Source of the DNA: Verrucomicrobiota bacterium | Lineage (GTDB): Bacteria > Verrucomicrobiota > Verrucomicrobiia > Chthoniobacterales > Terrimicrobiaceae | DNA: 64,000 nucleotides | Assembly (NCBI GenBank): GCA_039797215.1 | Contig: JBDKIG010000001.1 | Span: forward strand, 6,050-70,049 | Reading direction: 5' to 3' | In this document: piece after piece, positions 38,129 to 46,555 of the stretch | How positions within the stretch are numbered: position 1 is the first letter of the stretch | Layout of the letters: every line of letters starts with the position of its first letter | Program-made: the position numbers and the translations under genes | Notes under the pieces: generated by a model | What the model was told of the DNA's origin: nothing | The model's database searches: none | Seen by the model: only the letters and a program-made list of their open reading frames with translations

Positions 38129-38995
38129 ATGCTGTTCGATGTCGTCCACTCCACCTCCTATCGCTACGCCGCCACAGCCATGGAGGCCTATCTGGAGGCA
38201 CGACTCACCCCGCCGGAGCGACCGACCCAGCAAATCCTCTCCCACAGGATCGATTTCCTGCCGAGCGCCGAAGCCACTGGCTACACGGATTATTTTGGAA
38301 ACCTCACGACCTTCTACTCGATGACGCTTCGGCATCCTCGACTCAAAGTCATCAACCGCCTGAACGTCCGCACCTCGACTTACCGACTCCCTGCCGGCGG
38401 CCTGGCGCCTTCCGTCGCGGAAGCCCGCCAAATCCTCGGCTCGGCCGGGCCTCGGATTTTTGACTACCTCCAATCCACCCCCACTGTGCCTCTCGGAGGC
38501 CATGCATCGAATTGGAGCCGCGAATTCATTCGCCCCAACCTCCCGCTCGGCGATTGCCTCGAACGCCTCAACACCGCGATTTTTTCCGAATTCCAATACC
38601 AAACCGGCTCCACCGATGTGGATACCCCTCTCGACCAAGTCTGGGAGCGCCGCGAAGGAGTCTGCCAGGATTTCGCCCATGTGATGCTTTCGGTCCTGCG
38701 GACGGCTGGAATCCCCTGCCGTTATGTCTGCGGCTACATCGAGACCGAGCCGTCAGAGGGCGGCCCGTTGATCGGCGCTGTCGCCACACACGCCTGGGTA
38801 GAGGTTTTGGTTCCAGGCATGGAGTGGGTCGCCCTCGACCCGACCAACAACAAATGGCAGGGCGAACAACACATCGTCGTGGCGGTGGGTCGCGACTACC
38901 TTGACGCCACTCCGGTGAAGGGAACATTCAAAGGATCATCCTCGCAAAAAATGAAGGTGCGTGTGACCATGCGCCGAATTCCTGAAAAACCATGA
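38129..38995 (+). CDS. Transglutaminase-family protein (Bact_transglu_N + transglutaminase core)
   Basis: It has an N-terminal Bact_transglu_N-like start (FDVVHSTSYRY) and the core triad context GVCQDFAH (Cys), THAWVEV (His) and DPTN (Asp). Confidence 0.88.
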   Translation: MLFDVVHSTSYRYAATAMEAYLEARLTPPERPTQQILSHRIDFLPSAEATGYTDYFGNLTTFYSMTLRHPRLKVINRLNVRTSTYRLPAGGLAPSVAEARQILGSAGPRIFDYLQSTPTVPLGGHASNWSREFIRPNLPLGDCLERLNTAIFSEFQYQTGSTDVDTPLDQVWERREGVCQDFAHVMLSVLRTAGIPCRYVCGYIETEPSEGGPLIGAVATHAWVEVLVPGMEWVALDPTNNKWQGEQHIVVAVGRDYLDATPVKGTFKGSSSQKMKVRVTMRRIPEKP

Positions 38996-39840
38996 AACTC
39001 AAAATCAAAAAGGAATCGCTCTACACCTACGCGGAGCCCGTTTCATTCTCGCCCCACCATGTCCGGATTTTCCCACGCATGGATTTGTCGGTGAAGGTCG
39101 AGAAAGTCGTTTTTTCCACATTGCCCGATGCCGATGTCCAATACCGACAGGACATTTTCGATAACCAGATCGCCTATTGTTTCTACCCGAAGCCAGGCTC
39201 GACTCTTTCCTTCGACATCGAGCTGGAACTCGAAGTGCGGGAGAAAAACCCTTTCCACTTCCTTCTTGAATCCACGGGCTTTAAAATCCCGCCGGAATAC
39301 AAACCCGATCGCGCCGAAATTCTCGCTCCCTACCTCCGCCCCGAGGGATCTTGCAAACTTCCCGAGCCCCTGGCCCCCACCGTGGCTCGGCCGACCGTCG
39401 AAACGCTCGTAAATTTCAACCACTGGATCTACGAAAACATCGCCTACGAGGCCCGCCTCCACGGAAAACCTTACACGCCAGAGGAAATTTTGAAAAAAGG
39501 CTCCGGGTCTTGCCGGGATTTCGCTGCTTTGCTCGTCGAAGCGCTTCGCCAAAATGGTGTTGCCGCACGACTCGCCAGCGGGTTCGTGTGGGAGGGGGAC
39601 AAGGCCGAGGAGGACAAACGCGCCTCCAGCTCGATGCACCTCTGGGTGGAAGCCTGCCTGCCTGGAGCTGGCTGGATCGGAATGGATCCCACGAATGGCG
39701 TCCTGACCGACCACCACTTCATCACGACAGCCGTCGGCCGCGACCACGAGGATGTTTCACCGATCTCCGGCGTTTTCTACTCCTCCAAACCCGTAGGGCA
39801 TGAGCTGACAACTCAAGTCAGTGTCGAAAAATCAGCGTGA
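38992..39840 (+). CDS. Transglutaminase-family protein, second paralogue
   Basis: It has an ATGA overlap with the preceding gene, an N-terminus LKIKKESLYTYAEPV, and a core of GSCRDFAA, MHLWVEA and DPTN. Confidence 0.85.
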   Translation: MKLKIKKESLYTYAEPVSFSPHHVRIFPRMDLSVKVEKVVFSTLPDADVQYRQDIFDNQIAYCFYPKPGSTLSFDIELELEVREKNPFHFLLESTGFKIPPEYKPDRAEILAPYLRPEGSCKLPEPLAPTVARPTVETLVNFNHWIYENIAYEARLHGKPYTPEEILKKGSGSCRDFAALLVEALRQNGVAARLASGFVWEGDKAEEDKRASSSMHLWVEACLPGAGWIGMDPTNGVLTDHHFITTAVGRDHEDVSPISGVFYSSKPVGHELTTQVSVEKSA

Positions 39841-39899
39841 GTTTTCATAAAAGTCGGGAATCCCTTTTTGCACCGGGCTCGTAAGATTTTCACTGTATC

Positions 39900-40715
39900 A
39901 TGATGAGATTCTTTCAAGGTTGCACCGCGCTCGTCACCGGAGCCTCTTCCGGTCTCGGAGCCGAGTTTGCCCGCCAACTCGCCCCCCTCGCCTCCCGCCT
40001 GGTTCTCGTCGCCCGCCGCAATGACCGCCTCGAGGAACTTGCCTCTGACCTTCGCCGGTTCCATCCGCATCTCGAAGTTCGGATCTTCGCAGCCGACCTC
40101 ACCTCCTCCGACCGCCGCCTCGCCCTCGCCGACTGGCTTGCCACAAAGAAAATCGACATCAATTTTCTCATCAATAATGCCGGCCTCGGGGACCACGGGG
40201 AATTTCACACGAGTGAGTGGTCGCGTGTGCAGGCGATGCTTGACCTCAATATCACCGCCCTGACCCACCTCACCCATCTGCTCGTGAACCGCATGCTCGT
40301 CCAAGGCCGCGCAGCGATCCTGAATGTGAGCAGCGTGGCCGGATTTTTCCCTCTGCCCACGATGTCGGTCTACTCCGCGACCAAGGCCTATGTGACGAGT
40401 TTCTCGGAATCCCTCGCCATGGAACTCCGCCCACTCGGCATAACCGTCACCGCGCTCTGCCCCGGTCCGGTGCCAACCGAGTTTTTCGAGGTCGCAACCC
40501 GTCCCGGCGACGAGGATCGCGCCAACAACTTCAAAACCTGCACCGCCCTCGAGGCCTCTCCCTTTGAAGTGGTTCGGGCCAGTCTGGAGGCCGTGTCCCG
40601 CGACCGCGCACGGGTGATCCCTAATCCGCTCCTCGCTGCCACCGTGGCCATCGGGCTCGCAATTCCGTTTTTTATCGTTCGAAGGATTCTCGCAGCCCGC
40701 GCCTCCAACCACTAA
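39900..40715 (+). CDS. SDR-family oxidoreductase with C-terminal hydrophobic tail
   Basis: It has TGASSGLG, NNAG and YSATK motifs, and the last roughly 30 aa are hydrophobic (LLAATVAIGLAIPFFIV). Confidence 0.85.
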   Translation: MMRFFQGCTALVTGASSGLGAEFARQLAPLASRLVLVARRNDRLEELASDLRRFHPHLEVRIFAADLTSSDRRLALADWLATKKIDINFLINNAGLGDHGEFHTSEWSRVQAMLDLNITALTHLTHLLVNRMLVQGRAAILNVSSVAGFFPLPTMSVYSATKAYVTSFSESLAMELRPLGITVTALCPGPVPTEFFEVATRPGDEDRANNFKTCTALEASPFEVVRASLEAVSRDRARVIPNPLLAATVAIGLAIPFFIVRRILAARASNH

Positions 40716-40727
40716 AATTTCCCAACC

Positions 40728-41741
40728 ATGCCAGCTGAAACCAGCCCCAACCGGTCCGCCACAAACGAGGGTATCTCGTTCGCCGAGGCGTTCGATTTGA
40801 TCAACCCCCACCTCTACACGGTCGAAGAACGGATTCGCGCCCAAGCCAAGGCATTCGACCCCGCCGTCGAGGGCTACATCTCCTATATCTGCGGCGCCGG
40901 CGGCAAACGCCTCCGCCCTGCCCTTGCCCTCCTCGCCGCCGGAGCAACCGGAAAAATCACGCCCGCGCATGTCGATCTCGCAGTAATTCTCGAACTCATC
41001 CACATCGCCACGCTGGTTCACGACGACATCATCGACGGAGCGGAACTCCGCCGCGACCAGCCCTCCGCCAACGCGAAGTGGGGAAACTCGATCAGCGTCC
41101 TCCTCGGCGATGTCCTCTTCGCCCACGCGCTCAAGCTCTCCACGAATTTCAGCAACTCGGACATCAGCCGCCGCATCGCCGACGCCGCCGCCGAGGTTTG
41201 CTCGGGCGAGATCATCCAGACCCAACGCCGATTCGACCTCAAACTCACGACCACCGACTACTACCGGATCATCGAGATGAAGACGGCGGCGCTTTTCTCC
41301 GCCGCCTGCGAGCTCGGCGCGTTCATCAGCGAAGCCAGCCCGACGATCATCAGCGGCCTCAAGGCCTACGGCACCAAACTCGGCGTCGCCTATCAGATCT
41401 ACGACGACATCCTCGATATCGCCGGCAGCGAGGAGGAAACCGGGAAAACGCTGGGCACGGATTTACAGAAAGGAAAATTCACCCTCCCGATCTTGCTCCT
41501 TCTCCAATCGGGCAAAGACCTCGGCTCGATCCGCGACCTCCTCCTCAAGGACGACCCCGCCGCCATTTCCGAACTTACCTCGATGGTCGACCGCACCGGC
41601 GTGCTGGAAAATTCCAAGCGCATCGCTCGAACCAAAATCTCGGAAGCCATCGAGCATTTGGGCTCCATCCAAGAAAACCGCTACGCCGGCGGACTCCACG
41701 CCATTCCGAATCACCTCTCTACCCTTCTGGAAGCACTCTAA
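40728..41741 (+). CDS. Polyprenyl diphosphate synthase (trans-IPPS, long-chain type)
   Basis: It has the first DDxxD motif (LVHDDIIDGAELRR) and the second (YQIYDDILD). Product chain length cannot be judged from sequence by eye. Confidence 0.9.
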   Translation: MPAETSPNRSATNEGISFAEAFDLINPHLYTVEERIRAQAKAFDPAVEGYISYICGAGGKRLRPALALLAAGATGKITPAHVDLAVILELIHIATLVHDDIIDGAELRRDQPSANAKWGNSISVLLGDVLFAHALKLSTNFSNSDISRRIADAAAEVCSGEIIQTQRRFDLKLTTTDYYRIIEMKTAALFSAACELGAFISEASPTIISGLKAYGTKLGVAYQIYDDILDIAGSEEETGKTLGTDLQKGKFTLPILLLLQSGKDLGSIRDLLLKDDPAAISELTSMVDRTGVLENSKRIARTKISEAIEHLGSIQENRYAGGLHAIPNHLSTLLEAL

Positions 41742-41802
41742 AGCTATCTGGAATCGAGTCGTTCCGACTTTCCCCCAGCCTTCCGCTTTTCGGCCTTCTA
41801 CC

Positions 41803-42210
41803 ATGTGGCATTGGAGATCATCGGTTCTGATTAGTCTTGGGTGCGCGGCCCTCCTTGGACTCGCCTCGGTGATTCTGCCGGTCTGGATCCTTTCGCTGCA
41901 GCCTTACACCGCTCCGTTATTTCCACTCCTTCGCACAGGTGTAGAAGGCATTTCCTATCTCACGATTCTTTTTCTCTTTGTCAGCGGGTTGTTGTTGGGA
42001 TTTGTGGGGGCAGGGCATCCGCTTCTCCTTGGTTTTGCGACCATGATCTTGCTTCCCTGTCTGGCGATTGCAGAGATGCTTGCATCGCCGACCTCACACA
42101 CCTTGTGGCCCCTTGAATTCGCTCTCTATGGCTTGATCAGCTTGTGTGCGGCATTTGGAGCATTTCTCGGCAGATATTTGCGAAAGAGAGCCATAAAGAG
42201 CGATGTCTAA
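41803..42210 (+). CDS. Hypothetical 4-TM membrane protein
   Basis: 135 aa with four hydrophobic segments and a basic C-terminus. No family recognised. Confidence 0.55.
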   Translation: MWHWRSSVLISLGCAALLGLASVILPVWILSLQPYTAPLFPLLRTGVEGISYLTILFLFVSGLLLGFVGAGHPLLLGFATMILLPCLAIAEMLASPTSHTLWPLEFALYGLISLCAAFGAFLGRYLRKRAIKSDV

Positions 42211-42255
42211 TCCATTGTCTACTAGATACGCCCGGATCGCATCCCGACTTCTCCC

Positions 42256-44172
42256 GTGACACGACTCGCCCTCCTTCTACTTCTCGCTTTTGTTGGGACA
42301 GGTCCGCTTTGTGCTCTCGATCTTACCAGGCCTCCTGATCCAAAGGAAATCCGCTCGCTGAATGCCGACTCCTACCCCACCATCGCACACAAAATTTCCG
42401 AAACCCTGATGGCGGCCTATGTCCCCGGCGCCCGGGGTCGGCCGGGTATTTCCGGAAACCCTGCATTCTCTACATGGCTGGATTTTTACCGAGGGTGCGA
42501 GTTGTTAGCCCGCCCATGCAGCGCGGAGACGATTCCGCTGGTTCGACGCCACTTTTTCCGCGAACGGGCCACCGGAAAAATCTTCTTTCTCCAAACCGGA
42601 GTGGTTCGGCCAGAGGCTTTGGAGAGCCTGCCAGAGTCGGAATTAGCCGCCATGGCTGATCACCCTCAAATCCGCGCCCAGCTCGAATCAGCTGCCCTCC
42701 CCGCCGACTTCAAACTCCCCACCGGCACACTGGGCGAAATCGCCGGGGAGAAATTGGCCGCTGAGTTTCTTTCGAATCCCTCCTTCCTCGCGGCATTCTT
42801 TTCCACGCTCTCGGACCGCGACTACACCCCGCTCGTTCTGAAAAATCTGCGCGAAATCCTCGAGGCCCAGCCAGGCAAGTGGCGGGAATACCAAAACCTC
42901 GCCATCGCCATCGCGGTGGTGAACGACTCGCCTTTGCCCGAGTTCTGGCCGCACATCCAGGTCACCCCTTCCCTCGTCCCGAAGGAAATCCCCTCCGTAA
43001 GCGCCCAATTCTCGCGCTGGGTCGAGGCCAACGAGTCCAACAATCTCGATCACGACCTCCGCAATCTCCCGCCCGACCAACTGAAATTCGTTGTCGATGC
43101 GTTTGTTTCCGAATCCGAGATCGACTGGGCGCGGAAAAATGTGCGCCACCCCCGTTCGAAGTTCGACCGCGCCTTTTCCGAGGTCGCCTACCAGCCCGAC
43201 CGCATCAAAAGCAAAAACTTCTTCTGGAAAGCCTCGCCCTACACGCTCGAAAACATCCGTCACATGGGTGGTATTTGTGTCGACCAAGCCTACTACGCCA
43301 TGATCGCGGGGAAGGCCCACGGACTCCCGACCCTCTTTTTCACCGGCCAAGGCAAGGACGGCGGCCACGCCTGGTTTGGCTACCTCAAACGCGAAGACAA
43401 ATGGGAACTCGATGTCGGCCGCTACTCCCAGCAGAACTACGCCGTCGGCCAGGCCCTCGACCCTCAAACTTGGCAACCGATCAGCGACCACCAACTCCAA
43501 CTCCTTGCCGCGCGATTCCGGGACAAACCTGAATTCAGCGCCTCGATGAACGACCTCGCGATGGCGGCAATCTTTGAAAAAAATGGCGACGCCGTCCGCG
43601 CCGATGCCGCTTTCGTGAGCGCGGTGCAAACCTGTCCGAAAAATCCCGACGCCTGGGAACAACGCGGTGAATTCCTCGCCCGCACGAGCGCCCCGCCGGA
43701 GCAGAGGCGCCAGTTCCACGAAGAGGCCATTCGCCAACTCGGCTCCAGCCCCGACTTGAAAGTCCGCCACCAAACGGCCCTCGCCAACCTCCACCGCGAA
43801 TCCGGCGACCAATCCTCCGCGAACAAAGTCGAGCGTGCGATCGTTACCCAAAACCGCCGCGACCGAACCGACCTAAGCGTCGGGATCGCCGCGCAAAAAG
43901 TGAATGCCGCGATCGCCTCTGGCGACCTCGACGCCGCCGCATCCGAGTTCCACCGCCAACTCTACTCGCTCGGAAAAAATGGTGGCGGGGATTTCGTAAA
44001 ACAAGTCGGCGTCCCCTTTTTCGAGGCCCTCATGAAAAACGGCCAAAATACCCGAGCCCGCCGCGCCATCGACACGATGCGCCAGCAACTCAGACCTGAA
44101 CGCGGCAGCCTCCTCGACATGGCCCTCCGCGAACTCGAACTCTCCACCAAAAATCCGACCAAAGCCCGATAA
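42256..44172 (+). CDS. Secreted transglutaminase-like cysteine-protease-fold protein with C-terminal TPR-like helical region
   Basis: GTG start with a signal peptide (MTRLALLLLLAFVGTGPLCA). The central motif is GGICVDQAYYAMIAGKAHGLPT...GGHAWFGYL...WELDVG (Cys/His/Asp order of the transglutaminase fold). The C-terminal roughly 200 aa are helical repeats. Confidence 0.7.
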   Translation: MTRLALLLLLAFVGTGPLCALDLTRPPDPKEIRSLNADSYPTIAHKISETLMAAYVPGARGRPGISGNPAFSTWLDFYRGCELLARPCSAETIPLVRRHFFRERATGKIFFLQTGVVRPEALESLPESELAAMADHPQIRAQLESAALPADFKLPTGTLGEIAGEKLAAEFLSNPSFLAAFFSTLSDRDYTPLVLKNLREILEAQPGKWREYQNLAIAIAVVNDSPLPEFWPHIQVTPSLVPKEIPSVSAQFSRWVEANESNNLDHDLRNLPPDQLKFVVDAFVSESEIDWARKNVRHPRSKFDRAFSEVAYQPDRIKSKNFFWKASPYTLENIRHMGGICVDQAYYAMIAGKAHGLPTLFFTGQGKDGGHAWFGYLKREDKWELDVGRYSQQNYAVGQALDPQTWQPISDHQLQLLAARFRDKPEFSASMNDLAMAAIFEKNGDAVRADAAFVSAVQTCPKNPDAWEQRGEFLARTSAPPEQRRQFHEEAIRQLGSSPDLKVRHQTALANLHRESGDQSSANKVERAIVTQNRRDRTDLSVGIAAQKVNAAIASGDLDAAASEFHRQLYSLGKNGGGDFVKQVGVPFFEALMKNGQNTRARRAIDTMRQQLRPERGSLLDMALRELELSTKNPTKAR

Positions 44173-44220
44173 CCCCGGATCCCTCAGAACGAACCACAGA
44201 GGGGCCGACTTGGAGTAAAC

Positions 44221-46488
44221 TCAGTTTTTTTTGTTCATCGCAGCGGTGAACCAATCGACTTGCGGGGCTTGATTTTTTTGCTGGGGCCGGGGCTGGAAAT
44301 TTCGTGATCCGCCGCCGCTGTCCCGCGGGCCTCGGGATTGGGCGCCGATTTCGGGATTGGTTTTCAAAGAGAGACTGATGCGTTTGCGCTCGAAATCGAC
44401 CTCCATCACGGTGGCGTTCACTTTTTGGCCGACCTTCACGACATCGGAGGGGTTTTTAACGAACTGGTCGCTGAGCTGGCTGATGTGCGCGAGGCCGTCC
44501 TGGTGGACGCCGACATCGATGAACGCGCCGAACGCGGCAACATTCGTGACGATGCCGGGGAGCTTCATGCCGGGCTTGAGATCCTCGATTTTCATCGCCT
44601 CGTCGGAGAACGAAAACGCCTCGAACTGCTTGCGTGGGTCGCGGCCGGGCTTGGCGATTTCTTTCAGGATGTCCTGCAAAGTGGGCAGGCCGACTTCGGG
44701 CGTGGTGTATTTTTCTGCCTTAATGGCAGCTCGGCGGGCAGGGTTTTGGAGAAGTTCGCTGACGGAGCAACCGAGGTCGGCGGCCATTTTATCCACGAGA
44801 TCATAGCGTTCGGGATGGACGGCGCTGGCATCGAGCGGATGCGCGCCGTTGCGAATGCGGAGGAAGCCGGCGGCTTGCTCAAAGGCCTTGGGACCGAGGC
44901 CGGGGACTTTCAGGAGTTCATTGCGGGATTTGAAGGGGCCGTTTTGGTTTCGGAATTCCACGATGCCCTGGGCGGTGCGGGAGTTGAGGCCGGAGACATA
45001 GCCGAGGAGGTGCGCGCTGGCGGTGTTGAGTTCCACGCCGACATGGTTCACGCACGAGACGACGGCGTCATCGAGCGAGCGCTTGAGCGCGGATTGGTCC
45101 ACATCGTGCTGGTATTGGCCGACGCCGATCGATTTGGGGTCGATCTTCACAAGTTCGGCGAGGGGATCCATGAGGCGGCGGCCGATGGAAATCGCGCCGC
45201 GCACGGTGAGGTCGAGGTTGGGGAATTCCTCGCGGGCGACTTCGGAGGCGGAGTAGATCGACGCGCCGGATTCGCTCACGACAACAATCGTGATGGCAGG
45301 TGGCAAGCCGAGGGCGCGGACGAAAGTTTCGGTTTCGCGCGAAGCGGTGCCGTTACCGATGGCGATGGCTTCGATTTTGAAACGGCTGACGACCGACTTG
45401 ATGACTTCGGCGGCTTCGGCTCGGTCGCGGGCTCCTTTTTCGGGATAGACGACTTCGTTCATCAGGAGTTTTCCCTGGGGATCGAGGACGACGAGTTTGC
45501 AACCGGTGCGGAAACCGGGGTCGAGCGCGAGGGTTGTTTTTTGGCCGAGCGGCGAGGCAAGGAGGAGTTCGCGGATGTTTTCGGCAAAGACGCGGATGGC
45601 TTCCTCGTCGGCTTTCTTTTTATAGAAAACGCGAGCCTCGCCCTCCATGGCGAAACCGAGGAGGCGCTTGTAGCAATCATGCGCGGCGAGGCGCACCTGC
45701 TGAGCGGAGGCGTGGGAGCCTTTGACGAAAAGATGGTCGAGCGCCGCGAGGGCTTCCTCCTCCTGCGGGGTGATGCGGGAGAAAAGCAGCCCTTCGGTCT
45801 CGCCGCGGCGTATCGCGAGGAACCGGTGGGACGGGCACTGCGCGACGGGCTCGCTCCAATCGAAGTAGTCTTTGAATTTCGCGGCGTCCTTTTCTTTTTC
45901 GAAGACGACTTTGGATTTGAGGACGCCTTTGTTGATGTAGAGATCGCGCAAAGCGGCGCGGGCCTCGGCGGAATCATTGATGCGCTCAGCGAGGATGTCG
46001 CGGGCTCCGGCGAGCGCGGCGGCGGTGTCGGGGACTTCTTTTTCGGCGCTGACGAACGGCGCGGCTTCGGCCTCGGGATCGGCATTTGAGTTTTGCTCCC
46101 AGAGAATGTCGGCGAGGGGCTCGAGGCCTTTTTCCTTAGCCATTGTCGCGCGAGTGCGCTTCTTCGGGCGGAACGGAAGGTAGAGGTCCTCGAGGGTAGA
46201 GATGTTTTTGGCGGATTCGATTTTCACCTTCAACTCCTCGGTGAGGAGCTTGCGTTCCTCGAGCGAGGAGAGGATCGATTCGCGGCGTTTGTCCAATTCC
46301 TCGAGTTCCTGCATGCGGTCGCGGATGTTGGTGATCTGAACTTCATCGAGTTCGCCGGTGCGCTCTTTGCGGTAGCGGGCGATGAACGGCACGGTGGCGC
46401 CTTCCTCGAGGAGGACGGCGGTGGCGGCGACTTGGCGGGGTTGCAGGGAGAGTTCCTGGACGATTTGAATGAGGTGTTTTTCGAGCAT
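44221..46488 (-). CDS. tex: Tex-like transcription accessory protein (S1 domain C-terminus)
   Basis: 755 aa with the N-terminus LLEEGATVPFIARYRKE, a YqgF-like middle, and a C-terminal S1 domain (GIVTNVAAFGAFIDVGVHQDGLAHISQL). Confidence 0.95.
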   Translation of the reverse strand: MLEKHLIQIVQELSLQPRQVAATAVLLEEGATVPFIARYRKERTGELDEVQITNIRDRMQELEELDKRRESILSSLEERKLLTEELKVKIESAKNISTLEDLYLPFRPKKRTRATMAKEKGLEPLADILWEQNSNADPEAEAAPFVSAEKEVPDTAAALAGARDILAERINDSAEARAALRDLYINKGVLKSKVVFEKEKDAAKFKDYFDWSEPVAQCPSHRFLAIRRGETEGLLFSRITPQEEEALAALDHLFVKGSHASAQQVRLAAHDCYKRLLGFAMEGEARVFYKKKADEEAIRVFAENIRELLLASPLGQKTTLALDPGFRTGCKLVVLDPQGKLLMNEVVYPEKGARDRAEAAEVIKSVVSRFKIEAIAIGNGTASRETETFVRALGLPPAITIVVVSESGASIYSASEVAREEFPNLDLTVRGAISIGRRLMDPLAELVKIDPKSIGVGQYQHDVDQSALKRSLDDAVVSCVNHVGVELNTASAHLLGYVSGLNSRTAQGIVEFRNQNGPFKSRNELLKVPGLGPKAFEQAAGFLRIRNGAHPLDASAVHPERYDLVDKMAADLGCSVSELLQNPARRAAIKAEKYTTPEVGLPTLQDILKEIAKPGRDPRKQFEAFSFSDEAMKIEDLKPGMKLPGIVTNVAAFGAFIDVGVHQDGLAHISQLSDQFVKNPSDVVKVGQKVNATVMEVDFERKRISLSLKTNPEIGAQSRGPRDSGGGSRNFQPRPQQKNQAPQVDWFTAAMNKKN

Positions 46489-46510
46489 GATTTGGTGAAA
46501 ATTAAATTGG

Positions 46511-46555
46511 ATTAACCACAGAGGACACAGAGCGCATAGAGGAGGTTTTTATGAG
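46511..46555 (+). repeat. Short dispersed intergenic element, copy 1 (ATTAACCACAGAGGACACAGAG...TTTTTATGAG)
   Basis: The first 22 nt match 52817..52838 at 21 of 22 positions. The 3' part is similar with gaps and ends in the same TTTTTATGAG. It lies between the tex start and the cysteine desulfurase stop, which it overlaps. Confidence 0.75.

Noticed and set aside
39813-41225. A 470-aa minus-strand ORF.
   Set aside because: It is antisense to the SDR and polyprenyl synthase genes, both of which carry clear catalytic motifs on the plus strand.
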